Assembly: GCA_951406725.2 (NCBI GenBank)
Contig: OX597842.1
Span: 31,124,001 to 31,188,000 of the forward strand
DNA length: 64,000 nucleotides
Source: Octopus vulgaris
Lineage: Eukaryota
Direction of reading: 5' to 3'
The notes under the pieces were generated by a model. The model was given only the letters and a program-made list of their open reading frames with translations, ran no database searches and was not told where the DNA came from. Each line of letters opens with the position of its first letter. The stretch's first letter is position 1. A program made the position numbers and the translations under genes. Shown piece by piece: positions 26,680-40,317 of the stretch.

Positions 26680-27396
26680 TCTGCCTAGCTTCACTGTTAG
26701 ACATGTGTGTATGTGTTGGTGTATAATACTCACAATCACATTTGTATGTGTGTATCTGTATATACATATACATCCCTGTGTATATATATTTTAATATATT
26801 TAGGCAAGTGCACCACTTCTGAGTATGTGCTGAATCCAACCATGGCAACCCATGTAAACAAGGCAAGCAGATGTAGTATAATGTGTGTGTGTGTGTGTTT
26901 TTAGCTGTGAAGCTACATAAAGTGACGGGGGGGGGGGGCTTATTTGATGTGTGGCACATAGAAACACACACACACACACACACATTATTCTACATCTGCT
27001 TTCCTTGTTTACATGGATTGCCATGGTTGGATTCAGCACATATTCAGAAGTGTTGCACTTGCCTAAATGAATCGGAGGCCTTTGTCTTCCTCCTATTCTT
27101 ACCTTTTTTTTTCACAAGATTTCCTGTGTCGCAGCCCTTTTGTGTGTGTGTTTGCTAAGATGAGAGGAGACCCCGGTTCTGAGTAGGAGAGGTTAGGGAG
27201 GACAATAGAAGGGAGCAAAGTTATCAGGGGTTTGGGATGGAAGAGTAAATGGCTGGGTAGACAGATGGGTAGATAGGCTGACTACCCCACATTATGATGG
27301 CACAGAACCGAGAGCAAGCCATTATATTTATATATATATATATATATATATACACGCATACTTCTATAATCACATACATATAGCTATATATGTGTA

Positions 27397-27431
<35 letters not shown>

Positions 27432-27474
27432 GCATACTTCTATAATCACATACATATAGCTATATATGTGTATA

Positions 27475-27843
27475 TCTCTCTCTATATAAACGGCAGTTTG
27501 TCTGTGTGTCTGTCAGGTTGTACCCTCACCCTGACCACGGCTTTCAACCGATTCTGATGAAACTTGACACACATAGCCCAATGTCATAATTCAAAACTAA
27601 CGCAGCGAAAATTTTGAAAAGTTCACCCAGTTCTGAAAAAAATCGATAAATTCGACATGGGGTTGAGAATCAGAAACACAAACAGCAAACTGTCTAGGGG
27701 ACGCAACTCCACCTTTTTTAACTAAAAAAAAAAATTACCATCATTTTTTTCCATTTTTTTGCTATTTTTTGGCTATAACTCTCTAAAAATGATTTATAGT
27801 TATTTCCCTTACAAACCTGAGCAACGCCGGGCGATACTGCTAG
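27475..27843 (+). mobile_element. Non-autonomous Helitron
   Basis: 5' TC, 3' CTAG preceded by a short GC hairpin (cctgagcaacgccggg), aaccgattctgatgaaa motif, inserted between A and T with no TSD. Confidence 0.85.
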
Positions 27844-27844
27844 T

Positions 27845-27882
<38 letters not shown>

Positions 27883-28732
27883 GCATACTTCTATAATCAC
27901 ATACATATAGCTATATGTGTATGTATGTATATATATATACATACTTCTATAATTACATATAGCTATATATGTATATATGGGAGAGAGAGATAGGTACATT
28001 GTATAGCTCTCCATGCCACCCCACATCCCCATCACTATCTACATGCACATAAGCTTGTGTGTGTATATACATACATATATATATATATACATACATGCAC
28101 ACACTACCGCAGGCAGCTATTTAGTTTTGTACCAGTCCATATATACACACAGATAGACAGAAGCACACTTTAGCCCTACGTATACATCAACAATTACACC
28201 ACTTCATAAACACACACACATATATATATATATACACCCACACTCAAGCCACCATTCTACACACACATTACATTGTTCTCTCTTTAAACAATGAAGTTAT
28301 TGTATAATCTGAGATTTCTAGATTGGTGTGTGTATGTGTGTATATACACACATCAGACTTGTATGAATGTATGTATATGAATGCATCTATTTATGGCGAA
28401 GTATGATTTGTGTCTATATATAGGTGTGTATACAGCCATGTGTTTATGTAGACGTGGGCTAGGCGCACTCTTATCTCTGCGGTTGACAAACTTATCTCTC
28501 GACCACCTGGTCATGGTTTCAATCCTAGCTTAACCCACTTGATACCGACCCACCTGAGACTGCTCTCTTTGTCACGTAGTGCCAATGTTTTGAGCTGAGG
28601 TGAGGCAAGTTAAAACCGGCTTCGATCGAAAGATCTTGGGTACTTTATACCCCAAACACCAGCGAGACATTCTACTTCACGTTGCTCCTGTCCACTTGCT
28701 CAGCTGGCAAAAACAAGTTGTACTTGTATATC

Positions 28733-28954
28733 TATTTCTTTACTACCCACAAAGGGCTAAACACAGAGGGGACAAACAAGGACAGACAAACGGATTACAT
28801 CGACCCCAGCGCGTAACTGGTACTTAATTTATCGACCCCGAAAGGATGAAAGGCAAAGTCGACCTCGGCGGAATTTGAACCCAGAACGTAAGGGCAGACG
28901 AAATACGGCTACGCATTTCGCCCGGCGTGCTAACGCTTCTGCCAGCTTGCCACC
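28733..28954 (-). mobile_element. SINE B
   Basis: Reverse-complement consensus match. Confidence 0.8.
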
Positions 28955-29247
28955 GTTGTACTTGTATATCGTAGGGTCAACCTTGTCGCATTCTGCATTC
29001 CACTGAAGATTCCTGAGATGTACATTCAGGTGACACAAGTCTGTGGAGTACTCAGCCACTTTCCACTCTACAGTTTCTCGAGCAGACTGTTTCGCTGATC
29101 GGATCAACTGGAAAACCAATGCAGTTCCTATTACTTCACTTTGCTCCAGTCCACTCGGCTGGCAAAAATTAGTCGTACCAGTAATTCACAAGGGGCCGGC
29201 CTTGTTGCATACCATTTCAGGCTGAATCTCCCTGAGAACTACATTAA

Positions 29248-29640
29248 CCCTTTAACATTTAAACCGGCCATCATCATCTCAACATTTAAATTTAATTTGT
29301 CAAAATATTTTTGTCGCTTTGAGAGTGTGACCTGTTTGAGGTCTCAAAGCGACGAAAATATTCTGACAAATTAAATTAAGGAGTATCTTTAAAGAAGGAT
29401 GTTAGTAGTTAGGAGTTCATTGAAGAATTAACCCTTTAGTGTTCAGATTATTCTATCAAACATAATGCCTATTGATTCCCATTGATTTGAATTAATCATG
29501 CATTATCTCATATCTTCAAGATCTTGATGGTGTAATTACTTAATGTAGAATAACATTGTGGGGTAGGTGTGAGAGCCTGGATCTGGTCAGTTTGAACATA
29601 AAACAGATTAACTATTTTGGCCGGATTAAATACTAAAGGG
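29248..29640. mobile_element. piggyBac-type MITE (composite; second left end at ~29432)
   Basis: TTAA|CCCTTTAACATTTAAACCGGCCA ... TGGCCGGATTAAATACTAAAGGG|TTAA; related lone ends at ~41765 and ~61071. Confidence 0.75.
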
Positions 29641-30019
29641 TTAAGGAACATACTTAGGGAAAGATAAAAGTGGTCAGCACTTTTATGGTCAGAGAATTAA
29701 GGAAATCCTTAGTAAAAGATAACAGCAGTTTGCTGTTCCGTTGTTGAAGGATCAAGGAATGTTCTTAGTAAAAGATAAAAGAAGTTGCTGGATCCGACTT
29801 TGAAGAGAAAGTTAACACATATCAGAGGAAACTTTGTGAATCTCTTAAGAGAACTTACCGGGAAAATGTGGTGCAGAAGTAAGTCAGCACTTTAAACGAT
29901 GAATTAATTTCCTGTGTGATGCCATACAAAATGAAATCTTAAGAGCCATATGCTCATAACCCTCTACACGAGATCAGAAAAGAAGTTTGAAAAATTCCAT
30001 GTTTATTGGTGTTATATTT

Positions 30020-30288
30020 ACCAACGGCGCCTCACTGGCACCTGTGTCGGTGGCACGTGTAAAAAGATTCGAGCGAGGACATTGCTAGTACCGCCTGACT
30101 GGCCCCAATGCCAGTGGCACGTAAAAAGAACCCACTACACTCAGAGTGGTTGGCATTAGGAAGGGCATCCAGCTGTAGAAACTCTGCCAGATCAAGACTG
30201 GAGCCTGGTGCAGCCATCTGGTTCGCCAGCCCTCAATCAAAACCGTCCAACCCATGTTAGCAAGGAAAACGGACGTTAAATGATGATA
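30020..30288 (+). mobile_element. Family D LINE 3' UTR
   Basis: Near-identical to 41843-42138. Confidence 0.7.
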
Positions 30289-30291
30289 TGT

Positions 30292-31030
30292 GATTGCTCT
30301 GGAATGGAACAAGAATCAATTACTGTCGTTACATTTCTGGAAACCAAGATGTCCCCAAAGATTTTCTCAGCTTTTATAACCCTCCTGTCTACACTTCAGA
30401 GACACTGACTAAGGTTATTCAGGATGTCTTTTGTTGCCTACAAACGTTTCTCTGGGCTCAAAATTATTCTGTTTTTGCCGTTGGTGGTGTATGCACCAGG
30501 AGCAGAGGCATTTCAGGCCTACAAAAGAGATTAAAAGACAGGTTTTCCTGGGACATATTTTGTTCAGTGCGGAAACATCTCTCTGGACCTTGTCCTCCAA
30601 GAAGTTGGATCTACAGTTGCCCTGGTCACTGATCCATGGAACTTTGTTCACCGTTCTTCTGAAAGTGCTATGGACAAGCCTTTGTGATGAGAATGTTGTC
30701 TGTTGCCTCAAGCGAGAGAATGTTCTGCACACTTTGCTGTTTGGAGACCTGACTCTGTCCCACAATGATGTGACATTGTCCGACACACTGTGCTGTAATG
30801 TTTGGACATTAAAACGTGAGCAAGGAAAGCACTTTGGACATTCTCTTGGAAAACTTCATTGCCAAAACGAGCGAGTATAGAAAACTTTTTTTAAATGATT
30901 TGAAGCAATACTTTGCCATTTATGCTATTAAAAGATCTTAGATATGTTTCTTTTGATATTAAGACTGAAAGAAAAATTGGCCTTATTTGTAAAAAAAATT
31001 TGGAACTGAGTTTGCATTCACTTAGCAAAT
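30292..31030 (+). pseudogene. Degenerate hAT (ZMYM1-like) transposase fragment
   Basis: CSGMEQESI / RYISGNQDVPKDFLSFY...TSETLTKVIQDVF...SGLQKRLK follows the hAT EQ..RYV...EEFLGF...TGE.L...I.D pattern; frameshifted. Confidence 0.6.
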
Positions 31031-31581
31031 TTCGTTCCCAGGCCACGGCTTGACTTCTGTGTCTGTTTTGGTAGGGTTTTTAACAGCTGGATGCCCTTCC
31101 TAACACCAACCACCCTGAAGTGTGGACTGAGTGCCTTCTATGTGGCACCAGTATAGGCGAGATCAGTTGTGGAATGGTTTTTACAGCTAAATGCCCTTCC
31201 AAATGTCAACCACTCTACAGTGTAGACTGGATGTTTTTTATCTGACACCAGCACAGGTGAGGTCAGTTTTGGTAAGGTCTTTACAGCTAAATGCCTACCA
31301 TATTACAGTGTGGCCTGGATGTTTTTTAAGTGGCACCTGCACCAACAGGCCACGTCTAGCTAAAATAATGTTTTATCTTCAAACCAGTCAGATCTGACCC
31401 CTCATACTTGCCCTACAAAATTCTTCTGGAAGCTACAAGGTAACAGCTCCTCAGTAAATAAGCATTTTACGTTTGACACAGTAATCAGAATGCTAAACGG
31501 TTAAGGGCACACGTGTCTGTGGTGTACTCAGCCATTTGCATGTTGTTAATTTCACAAACGGGCTCTTCTCTTGACCAGATC

Positions 31582-31805
31582 CAGTGGTTAGGGTCTTCAG
31601 CTCATGATCTTAAGGTTGTGAGTTCAATTCCCAGGTGGTGTGTTGCGTCCTTGAGCAAGACACTTTATTTCATGTTGTACCTGTAATTCAGTGGGGGCCA
31701 GCCTTATCGCATTCTGCGTGTGATGCTGAATCCTCCTCAGAACTACGTTAAGGGTACATATGTCAGTGGAATACTCGGCCACTTTGCCTGTTAATTTCAC
31801 GAGCT
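31582..31805 (+). mobile_element. Older tRNA/CORE-type SINE sharing the SINE C type-2 tail (related fragments near 13500, 29000, 32220, 46470)
   Basis: ccagtggttagg...gagttcaattccc...gtccttgagcaagacactt...gaactacgttaagggtaca. Confidence 0.55.
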
Positions 31806-32160
31806 GCTGTGTGGTAAGTAACTTGCTTACCAACCACATGGTTCCAGGTTCAGTCCCACTGCATGGCACCTTGGGCAAGTGTCTTCTACAATAGCCTCGG
31901 GCCGACCAAAGCCTTGTGAGTGGATTTGGTAGACGGAAACTGAAAGAAGCCCGTCGTGTGTGTGTGTGTGTATGTTTGTGTTTGTCCCCTCAGCATTGCT
32001 TGACAACCAATGCTGGTGTGTTTACATCCCCATAACTTAGCGGTTTGGCAAAAGAGACTGATAGAATAAGTACTAGGTTTTAGTCCTGGGGTTGATTTGC
32101 TCATCAAAAAGTGGTGCTCCAGCATGGCCGCAGTCAAGTGACTGAGACTAGTAAAAGAAT
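31805..32160 (+). mobile_element. SINE A
   Basis: Colinear with the family consensus. Confidence 0.85.
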
Positions 32161-32759
32161 ATAAAGGCTGTTGCATTGTCTGAATCAACTTGACCACTTG
32201 CTGTCATAACTGATGGAGAGCCAGTGGTCAGTGTCTTTGTGACTGACGTCGTGGGTTCAACTCCTGGCAGCGCATTTACCCGCTTGAGCAACAAACTTCA
32301 TTCCCTCTCACTCCAGTCCACTCAGCTGGCAGAAATGAGTTGTACCAGTAATTCGAGAGGGGTCAGCCGTGTCTCATACTCTGTCATACTGAATCTCCCT
32401 GAGAACTATGTTAAGGGTATACCTGTCTGTGGAGCACTCAGCCACTAGCACGGGTCATCTAGAACCTCACTGTCATAACTGACAGTGTCGGTTATACATA
32501 CATCTGTGTATCATCATCATTTCACATCCGGTTTTCCATGCTGGCATGGGTTGGAAGGTTTTGGCAAGGGCAGTCGAGTCAGGGTTCCATTGGGTCTTTC
32601 TGTGTCAGTTCTGCCATGGTTTCTACAGCTAGATGCCCTTCCTAATACCAACCACTTTACAGAACATAAACAAACCAACACTGGTTGTGAAGCTGTGGTG
32701 TGGATCAAACACAATGGTACACACACATATACATTGGCCGAAACACATTGAAGAATATA

Positions 32760-33374
32760 TACGATGGGCTTCTGCACAGTTTCCGTCTACCAAATCCACT
32801 CACAAGGCTTTGGTCGGCCCGAGGCTATAGTAGAAGACACTTGCCCAAGGTGCCATGCAGTGGGACCGAACCCAGAACCATGTGGTTTGGAAGCAAGTTT
32901 TCTAACCACACAACCACATCTGCATCCGTGTGTGTGTGTGTGAGTGCGTTATTTATATATACTCTTTTACTTGTTTCAGTCATTTGACTGCGGCCATGCT
33001 GGAGCACCGCCTTTAGTCGAGCAAATCGACCCCGGGACTTATTCTTTTGTAAGCCTAGTACTTATTCTATTGGTCTCTTTTGCCGAACCGCTAAGTGACG
33101 GGGACATAAACACACCAGCATCGGTTGTCAAGCAATGCTAGGGGGACAAACACACACACACAAACACACACACACACGCATATATATATATATATATATA
33201 TACGTATAAACGACAGGCTTCTTTCAGTTTCCGTCTACCAAATCCGCTCACAAGGCATTGGTCGGCCCGGGGCTATAGCAGAAGACACTTGCCCAAGGTG
33301 CCACGCAGCGGGACTGAACCCGGAACCATGTGCTTTGTAAGCAAGCTACGTACCACACAGCCACTCCCGCACCT
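32760..33374 (-). mobile_element. SINE A head half (32760-32920) and full copy (32961-33374)
   Basis: Reverse-complement matches to the consensus. Confidence 0.85.
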
Positions 33375-33534
33375 ATATATATGTATGTAAGAATGACGGA
33401 GAACTACTATTGCTGTGTGTGTGTATGTGTGTGGTTGAACATGTAGGAGCTTGGACGTTAAATGTGAGCTTTTTGGTGTGTGTGTGAGATTTTGACTCAT
33501 TTCCAAGGAAAATATAGTTTCCCAGATATGCTAC

Positions 33535-33572
<38 letters not shown>

Positions 33573-33720
33573 GCGAATAAAGGAAGTAGACATTAGATAA
33601 ATGTAGTCCTAGGCACATCATTATGTCTCACTAAAACATGGGATGGCCATGGCTGGAGCATCTTTGATCATTGTGTTTACCATCAGAGCTGACCTGAAGT
33701 AAACAACAATACGTACACAC

Positions 33721-33755
<35 letters not shown>

Positions 33756-33890
33756 GTATATGTGTGTGTGTATAGGTGTGTGTGTGTATATATGTATGTG
33801 TGTGTGTGTGTATATATATGTGTTCATATATTTATATATATACACACATATACATAAACATACATCTGTGTATGTACATACATATGTATG

Positions 33891-33956
<66 letters not shown>

Positions 33957-34432
33957 CACTGATATGTGTATGTGTACATAGACCTATATAGACACAACCT
34001 GCCACTTCCCCCTATTAGAACCTGACTGTATTGCTTAATACACAGGGGACAGGCACCTCCCCCCTCGCCCACCACCTCCAACCCCCACCTGCCACACCCA
34101 CTCTCCTATATATATATATCTACATCTACACCGTTCAGCCTCTTTGTTTTATTAGCATCTGTATGTTGTTAACGTGTTTATATATATAATATAGTGTGTG
34201 CGTATATACACACTCATCTTTCTACAGTTTCTACACACCATTAACTAGCTTCCTTGGCACAGTTCCACACTGGCCTCCACGCCCTTTCACCCTTTCCTAT
34301 TTGTCTGTCTGTGTGTCCCCCTCCTCCTGATTGCGTGTCTATATGCTTCTTTGTGCATGTGTGTGTGTAACTATGCCCCCACCTCTCTCTCTCTATATAT
34401 ATATATGTGTGTGTGTATATATATACATATAC

Positions 34433-34474
<42 letters not shown>

Positions 34475-34490
34475 ATATATATACATATAC

Positions 34491-34546
<56 letters not shown>

Positions 34547-34698
34547 ATATATATACATATACACACTCACCAACATTGTTCTGGAAGTTGAGGCCAAAAC
34601 TTTTACAGCTTAGTTGCATATAATGTGTGTGTATACATGTGTGTGTGTGTGTTGTATATATGTATGTGTAAGTATAAGCATACACAAGACGGTGTCCT

Positions 34699-34743
<45 letters not shown>

Positions 34744-34747
<4 letters not shown>

Positions 34748-34951
34748 CTTTATTGCCCACAAGGGGTTAAACACAGAGGGGACAAACAAGGACAGACAAA
34801 GGGATTTAGTCGATTACATCGACCCCAGTGCGTAACTGGTACTTAATTTATCAACCCCGAAAGGATGAAAGGCAAAGTCGACCTCGGCGGAATTTGAACT
34901 CACAACGTAACAAAATACGGCTACGCATTTCGCCCGGCGTGCTAACGTTTC

Positions 34952-34956
<5 letters not shown>
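34744..34956 (-). mobile_element. SINE B
   Basis: Reverse-complement consensus match. Confidence 0.8.
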
Positions 34957-34990
<34 letters not shown>

Positions 34991-34997
34991 CACATAT

Positions 34998-35160
34998 AGT
35001 GGCTGTGTGGTAAGTAGCTTGCTTCCCAACCACTTGGTTCCGAGTTCAGTTCCACTGCGTGGCACCTTGGGCAAGTGTCTTCTACTATAGCCTCAGGCCA
35101 ACCAAGTCCTTGTGAGTGGGTGCGGTAGATGGAAACTGAAAGAAGCCTGTTGTATATATG

Positions 35161-35203
<43 letters not shown>

Positions 35204-35401
35204 GTGTGTGTGTGTGTGTTTGTCCCCCTAGCATTTCTTGACAACCGATGCTGGTGTGTTTACGTCCCCGTTACTTAGTGGTTCGGCAAAAGAGACCGAT
35301 AGAATAAGTACTGGGCTTACAAAAGAATAAGTCCCGGGGTCGATTTGCTCAATTAAAGGCGGTACTCCAGCATGGCCGTAGTCAAATGACTGAAACAAGT
35401 A

Positions 35402-35405
<4 letters not shown>
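34998..35405 (+). mobile_element. SINE A
   Basis: Colinear with the family consensus. Confidence 0.85.
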
Positions 35406-35440
<35 letters not shown>

Positions 35441-36422
35441 AGAGAGAGAGAGAAAAATCATCAGAATTTCGTGAAAAAAAATGTTTCTATTTCTTCATTA
35501 TTATGACTAGTTTCAAAGTCACTGTTCCTCATCAGTCTGGAATATATATGTATGTATACACATGCATATATATATGTGTGTATAAACACACGTACATATG
35601 TATATACATATATATATGTAGATTGATATGAACACACAGGCTTTTGTGTTGGAACAAGAATTAAGTTCTCAAAGACCGTTGGATTAAAATTCCTGCAAAA
35701 TGCATCACATATATGTGTGTATATATATATGTATAGTGTTTTGAGTGTGTATATATATATATATATATATATACATGTACTTATGTGTGTGTGTGTGTGT
35801 GTACGTACTTGTTTGTGTGTGTATAAATATATATATATATATGCCTATGCACATATGTCTATATATATATATATATATATATACGAGTATACATAAATAT
35901 GTAATAATTCGTGTGTGTGTGTATATATGTGCATAGTGTTTTTAAGTGTGTATATATATGTATATACATATACTTGTGTGTTTGTGTGTGTATAAATATA
36001 TATATATGCCTATGCACATATGTATATATATATATACAGGAGTATACATAAATATGTAATTTGTGTGTGTGTATATATATATATATATGCCTATGCACAT
36101 ATATATATATATACAGGAGTATACATAAATATGTAATAATTTGTGTGTGTGTGTGTATATATATGTTGTATGCACATAGTTGTTTAGATTCTGTGTAGAT
36201 TATGTTACAATGTTGATTACGGAAAATTGGGCGTTATATATTTGCTATTGGAGAAAGCAACATCTAATTTGAAAATAATGAAAGAATTGTCGATACATAC
36301 ACATGTACATATTACATTCATATTAATGCTTACATGTGTATATATATGCATGTATATATATCATAATTTAATGTCCTTCCCATGTTGGCATGGGTTGGAC
36401 AGTTTGGCAAGAACAGAGAAGA

Positions 36423-36526
36423 AGCTGGAGGGCCGTGCTAGGTTCTACATCTGTTTCGACAGGGTATCTACAGCTGGAGGGCTGTGCTAGGTTCTACATC
36501 TGTTTCGACAGGGTATCTACAGCTGG
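36423..36526. repeat. 49 bp tandem duplication within a family D relic
   Basis: agctggagggc.gtgctaggttctacatctgtttcgacagggtatctac occurs twice. Confidence 0.85.
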
Positions 36527-36917
36527 GTGCCTTTCCAAACATCCTTCCATTCTTAATAGAATGCACTGGGCCCTTTCTGCTTGGCCACAGCACTGGTGCA
36601 TTCAGCACCTTACCCGGAAGATAAGGCCCTTCAACAAAGCAATGTTAAGGACTGGCAAAAGACGGGGACGAGGAGCTGCTGTTCTGGAATTTTTAGCTTC
36701 AAGGAATATATTCTGCTGGTGGTCACCATGTTTCCTTTCAATTCACTTTCAGACACCAGCTAACCACCACGGGCCTTTTGTGGCACTTGATCATTATTAA
36801 TGATAAGCGCAGGGGTGGCTCTGTGCTAAGAAGCATTCCCAACCACACGGTTCCAGGTTCAGTCCCACTGCATGGTACCTTGGGCAAATGTCTTCTACTA
36901 TAAGCCTCAGACTGACA

Positions 36918-37148
36918 GGTGGCAAGCTGGCAGAAACGTTAGAACACCAGGCGAAATGCTTAGCGGTATTTCGTCTGTCTTTACGTTCTGAGTTCAAATT
37001 CCGCCAAGGTCGACTTTGCCTTTCATCGTTTCGGGGTCAATAAATTAAGTACCAGTTATGCACTGGGGTTGATGTAATCGACTTAATCCGTGTGTCTATC
37101 CTTGTTTGTCCCCTCTGTGTTTAGCCCCTTGTGGGTAGTAAAGAAATA
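36918..37148 (+). mobile_element. SINE B nested in a SINE A copy (36826-37420)
   Basis: SINE A resumes after it; tataagcctcag is repeated on both sides. Confidence 0.75.
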
Positions 37149-37839
37149 TATATAAGCCTCAGGCCGATTAAAGCCTTGTGAATGGATTTGGTAGACAGAA
37201 ACTGAAAGAATCCCATCATATATATGTATATATGTGTATTTATTTATTTATTTGTGTCTTTTTGTCTGTGTTTGTCCCTCACCATCACTTTGACAACCAG
37301 TGTTGGTGTGTTTACATCCCTATAACTTATCGGTTTGGGGTTGATTTAATACAAATAAAGATTCTTTGAGGTGGTGCTCCGGCATGGCCGCAGTCAAGTG
37401 ACTGAAACAAGTAAAAGAATGCCTGATTGTCGCCATCCAACATTCCTTTTCCCATGCCGGCATGGGTCGGACGGTTTGACAAGATCATGTGAGTGAGAGG
37501 GCTCTGCCAGGTTCTATGTCTACCTTGGCAAGGTCCCTGCAGCTTGTTACCATTCCTATCACTGGACACTCTTCTACGTGGTGCACCTGCCCCAGTGGGG
37601 TCACCATGTACTGGCAAAATAAGACCAACCACTCCTGTTTTCATCATTGCTCAGCGTCCCGTGTTCCATGCTGGCATGGATGGGGCTAGGGTTTCGCAGA
37701 ATCAAATGGGTCCCAAGACAGCATTGTCCTCAAGGGTCTGCTTTTGGGATGCCCTTCCTAGTGCCAAACTGTTGGCAGTGTGGCCTGGATGCTTTCTTTT
37801 TTACTCATGGCTACAGGATTAGTGAGGCTATCTTGATGT

Positions 37840-38229
37840 CTCTTTTACTTGTTTCAGTCATTTGACTGCGGCCATGCTGGAGCACCGCCTTTAGTCGAGC
37901 AAATCGACCCCGGGACTTATTCTTTGTAAGCCCAGTACTTATGCTATCGGTCTCTTTTGCCGAACCGCTAAGTAATGGGGACGTAAACACACCAGCATCG
38001 GTTGTCAAGCAATGCTAGGGGGACAAACACAGACACACAAACACACACATATATATACATATATACGACGGGCTTCTTTCAGTTTCCGTCTACCAAATCC
38101 ACTCACAAGGCATTGGTTGGCCCGGGGCTATAACAGAAGACACTTGCCCAAGATGCCACGCAGTGGGACTGAACCCGGAACCATGTGGTTGGTTAGCAAG
38201 CTACTTATCACACAGCCACTCCTGCACCT
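37840..38229 (-). mobile_element. SINE A, full length
   Basis: Reverse-complement match to the consensus. Confidence 0.88.
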
Positions 38230-39365
38230 ATAAGATGTGTATATATATATGTGTATGTTTGTGTGTCATCATTATCATCGTCATCGTCATTGTTTAAAGT
38301 CTGCTTTCCATGCTGGCATGGGTTGTACAGCCGGTTTGAGGACTGGCAAGCCAGGAGGCTGCACCAGGCTCCAATTTGATCCAGCAAGGTTTCTACAACT
38401 GGATGCTCTTCCTGACGCCAACCACTCCATGAGTGTAGTGTTTGATATATATGTGCGTGCGTTGTGTGTGTGTGTTGTGTTGGTTTGTTTACACCCCTAA
38501 ACTTAGCAGCTCAACAAAAGTGACCAATAAAAATAAGCGCAAAGGTCGATGGGTGGGCAGAGGCTGCGGTGCAATTTGTCCGACCGACCATTCCAAAGTG
38601 GTGCCCCAGAATGGCCACAGCACAGTCCAACAACTGAACCAAGCAAAAGATAGAAGAATATTATCAATCTATTGCCAATATTGTATCAATCTAGAACTAA
38701 TCAATAACCAATCAGTGCCTTGTCAATATTATTTCATGGTTTCTTTCTGATGATCCGAAAGATGAAACAACTAGCAATTTCTCTCCGTTTTGTCCTCTGC
38801 TCTTTTATTTGTTCTCTGGTTTGATCTACACCCTCTATTGAGTACTTTATGAACTGTTGTTTATTATAGACATCATGCACGCGCACACCCCGTGTTTACA
38901 CAATACTCTGTTTGCTGCAAAATACAGCGCATATATATATATATGCGCTGTATTTTGTATGTATATATATATATGTATGTATGTATGTATGTATATGTGT
39001 ATGTATGTATGTATGTGTATGTATATGTGTATGTATGTATGTATGTGTATGTATATGTGTATGTATGTATGTATGTGTATGTATATGTGTATGTATATGT
39101 GTATGTATATGTGTATGTATGTATGTGTATGTATGTATGTATGTATGTATATATGTCTGTAAATATGTCTATATATGTATATATGTATGTAAATATGTAT
39201 ATATATGTATATATGTATGTAAATATGTATATATATGTATATATATATATTTATGTATATATATGTATATATATATATTTATGTATATGTATGTATATAT
39301 ATATGTGTATGTATGTATGTATATATATATGTATGTATATATTTATATATGTATACCGGACTCCC

Positions 39366-39543
39366 CGGCACCTGTGCAGGTGGCACGTAAAAAGGAGTGG
39401 TTGGCGTTAAGAAGGGCATCCAGCTGTAGAAACATTGCCAGATCAGACTGGAGCCTGGTGCAGCCTCCTGGCTTCCCAGACCCCAGTTGAACCGTCCAAC
39501 CCATACCAGCATGAAAAGCATATGCTAAACAACGATGATGATA
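39366..39543 (+). mobile_element. Family D LINE 3' UTR
   Basis: Consensus match. Confidence 0.7.
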
Positions 39544-39566
39544 ATATGTGTGTGTGTGTGTGTGTG

Positions 39567-39986
39567 ATCATCATCATTTAACGTCCGTTTTCCATGCTAG
39601 CATGGGTTGGACGGTTCAACTGGGGTCTGGGAAGCCAGGGGCTGCACCAGGCCCAGTCTGATCTGGCAGTGTTTCTACAGCTGGATGCCCTTCCTAACGC
39701 CAACCACTCCGTGAGTGTAGTGGCTGCTTTTTACGTGCCACCGGCACGGAGGCCAGACGAGGCTGGCAACAGCTACGATCGGATGGTGCTTTTTACGTGC
39801 AACCAGCACGGAGAGGCCAGTTAGGGCGGTGCTGGCTCAACAGGTCTTCACGAGTAGAGTTTTGTGTCCCAAGAAGGAAAGGAATGCATAAGTGGACTGG
39901 CTTTTCCCTGGCACGAAACCAAACTGCATCTCGTCCAAGTTGACTCTCTCCCTAATCAGTTGGGCTATGTCCCTCTCCGTAACCTC
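39567..39986 (-). mobile_element. Family D LINE 3' UTR fused to an RTE reverse-transcriptase fragment
   Basis: Minus strand ~39900-39986 reads VTERDIAQLIRERVNLDEMQFGFVPGKS (RT QFGF motif), linking family D to an RTE LINE. Confidence 0.75.
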
Positions 39987-40107
39987 CATGTGTATATATA
40001 TGTACGTGTGTGTCTATATATATGTGTGTGTGTTTATATATATGTGTGTGTATATGTATATATATATGTGTGTGTGTGTATATATATATATATGCGCATA
40101 CATATTT

Positions 40108-40209
40108 ATGCAAGGTGACTGTTTTGAAGAGACGTTGTTAAAACTTAGTTAAGCCAGTTATCGTTTATTAATTATAACAAGTCTGAGAACCTTTTGGTAG
40201 CACCTCGTA
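40108..40209 (+). mobile_element. Mariner 3' end relic
   Basis: QGDCFEE (resembles GDYFE) followed by TIR-like gaaccttttggtagcacctcgTA. Confidence 0.55.
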
Positions 40210-40317
40210 TCTGCATAAATGTGTATGTATCTATGCCTCTGTGTATCTTGGAGTACACTAAATGCTAGTATTCTGCCTTTATACATTTCTAAATACTCTG
40301 TCTTCTGTCTCTTCCAG

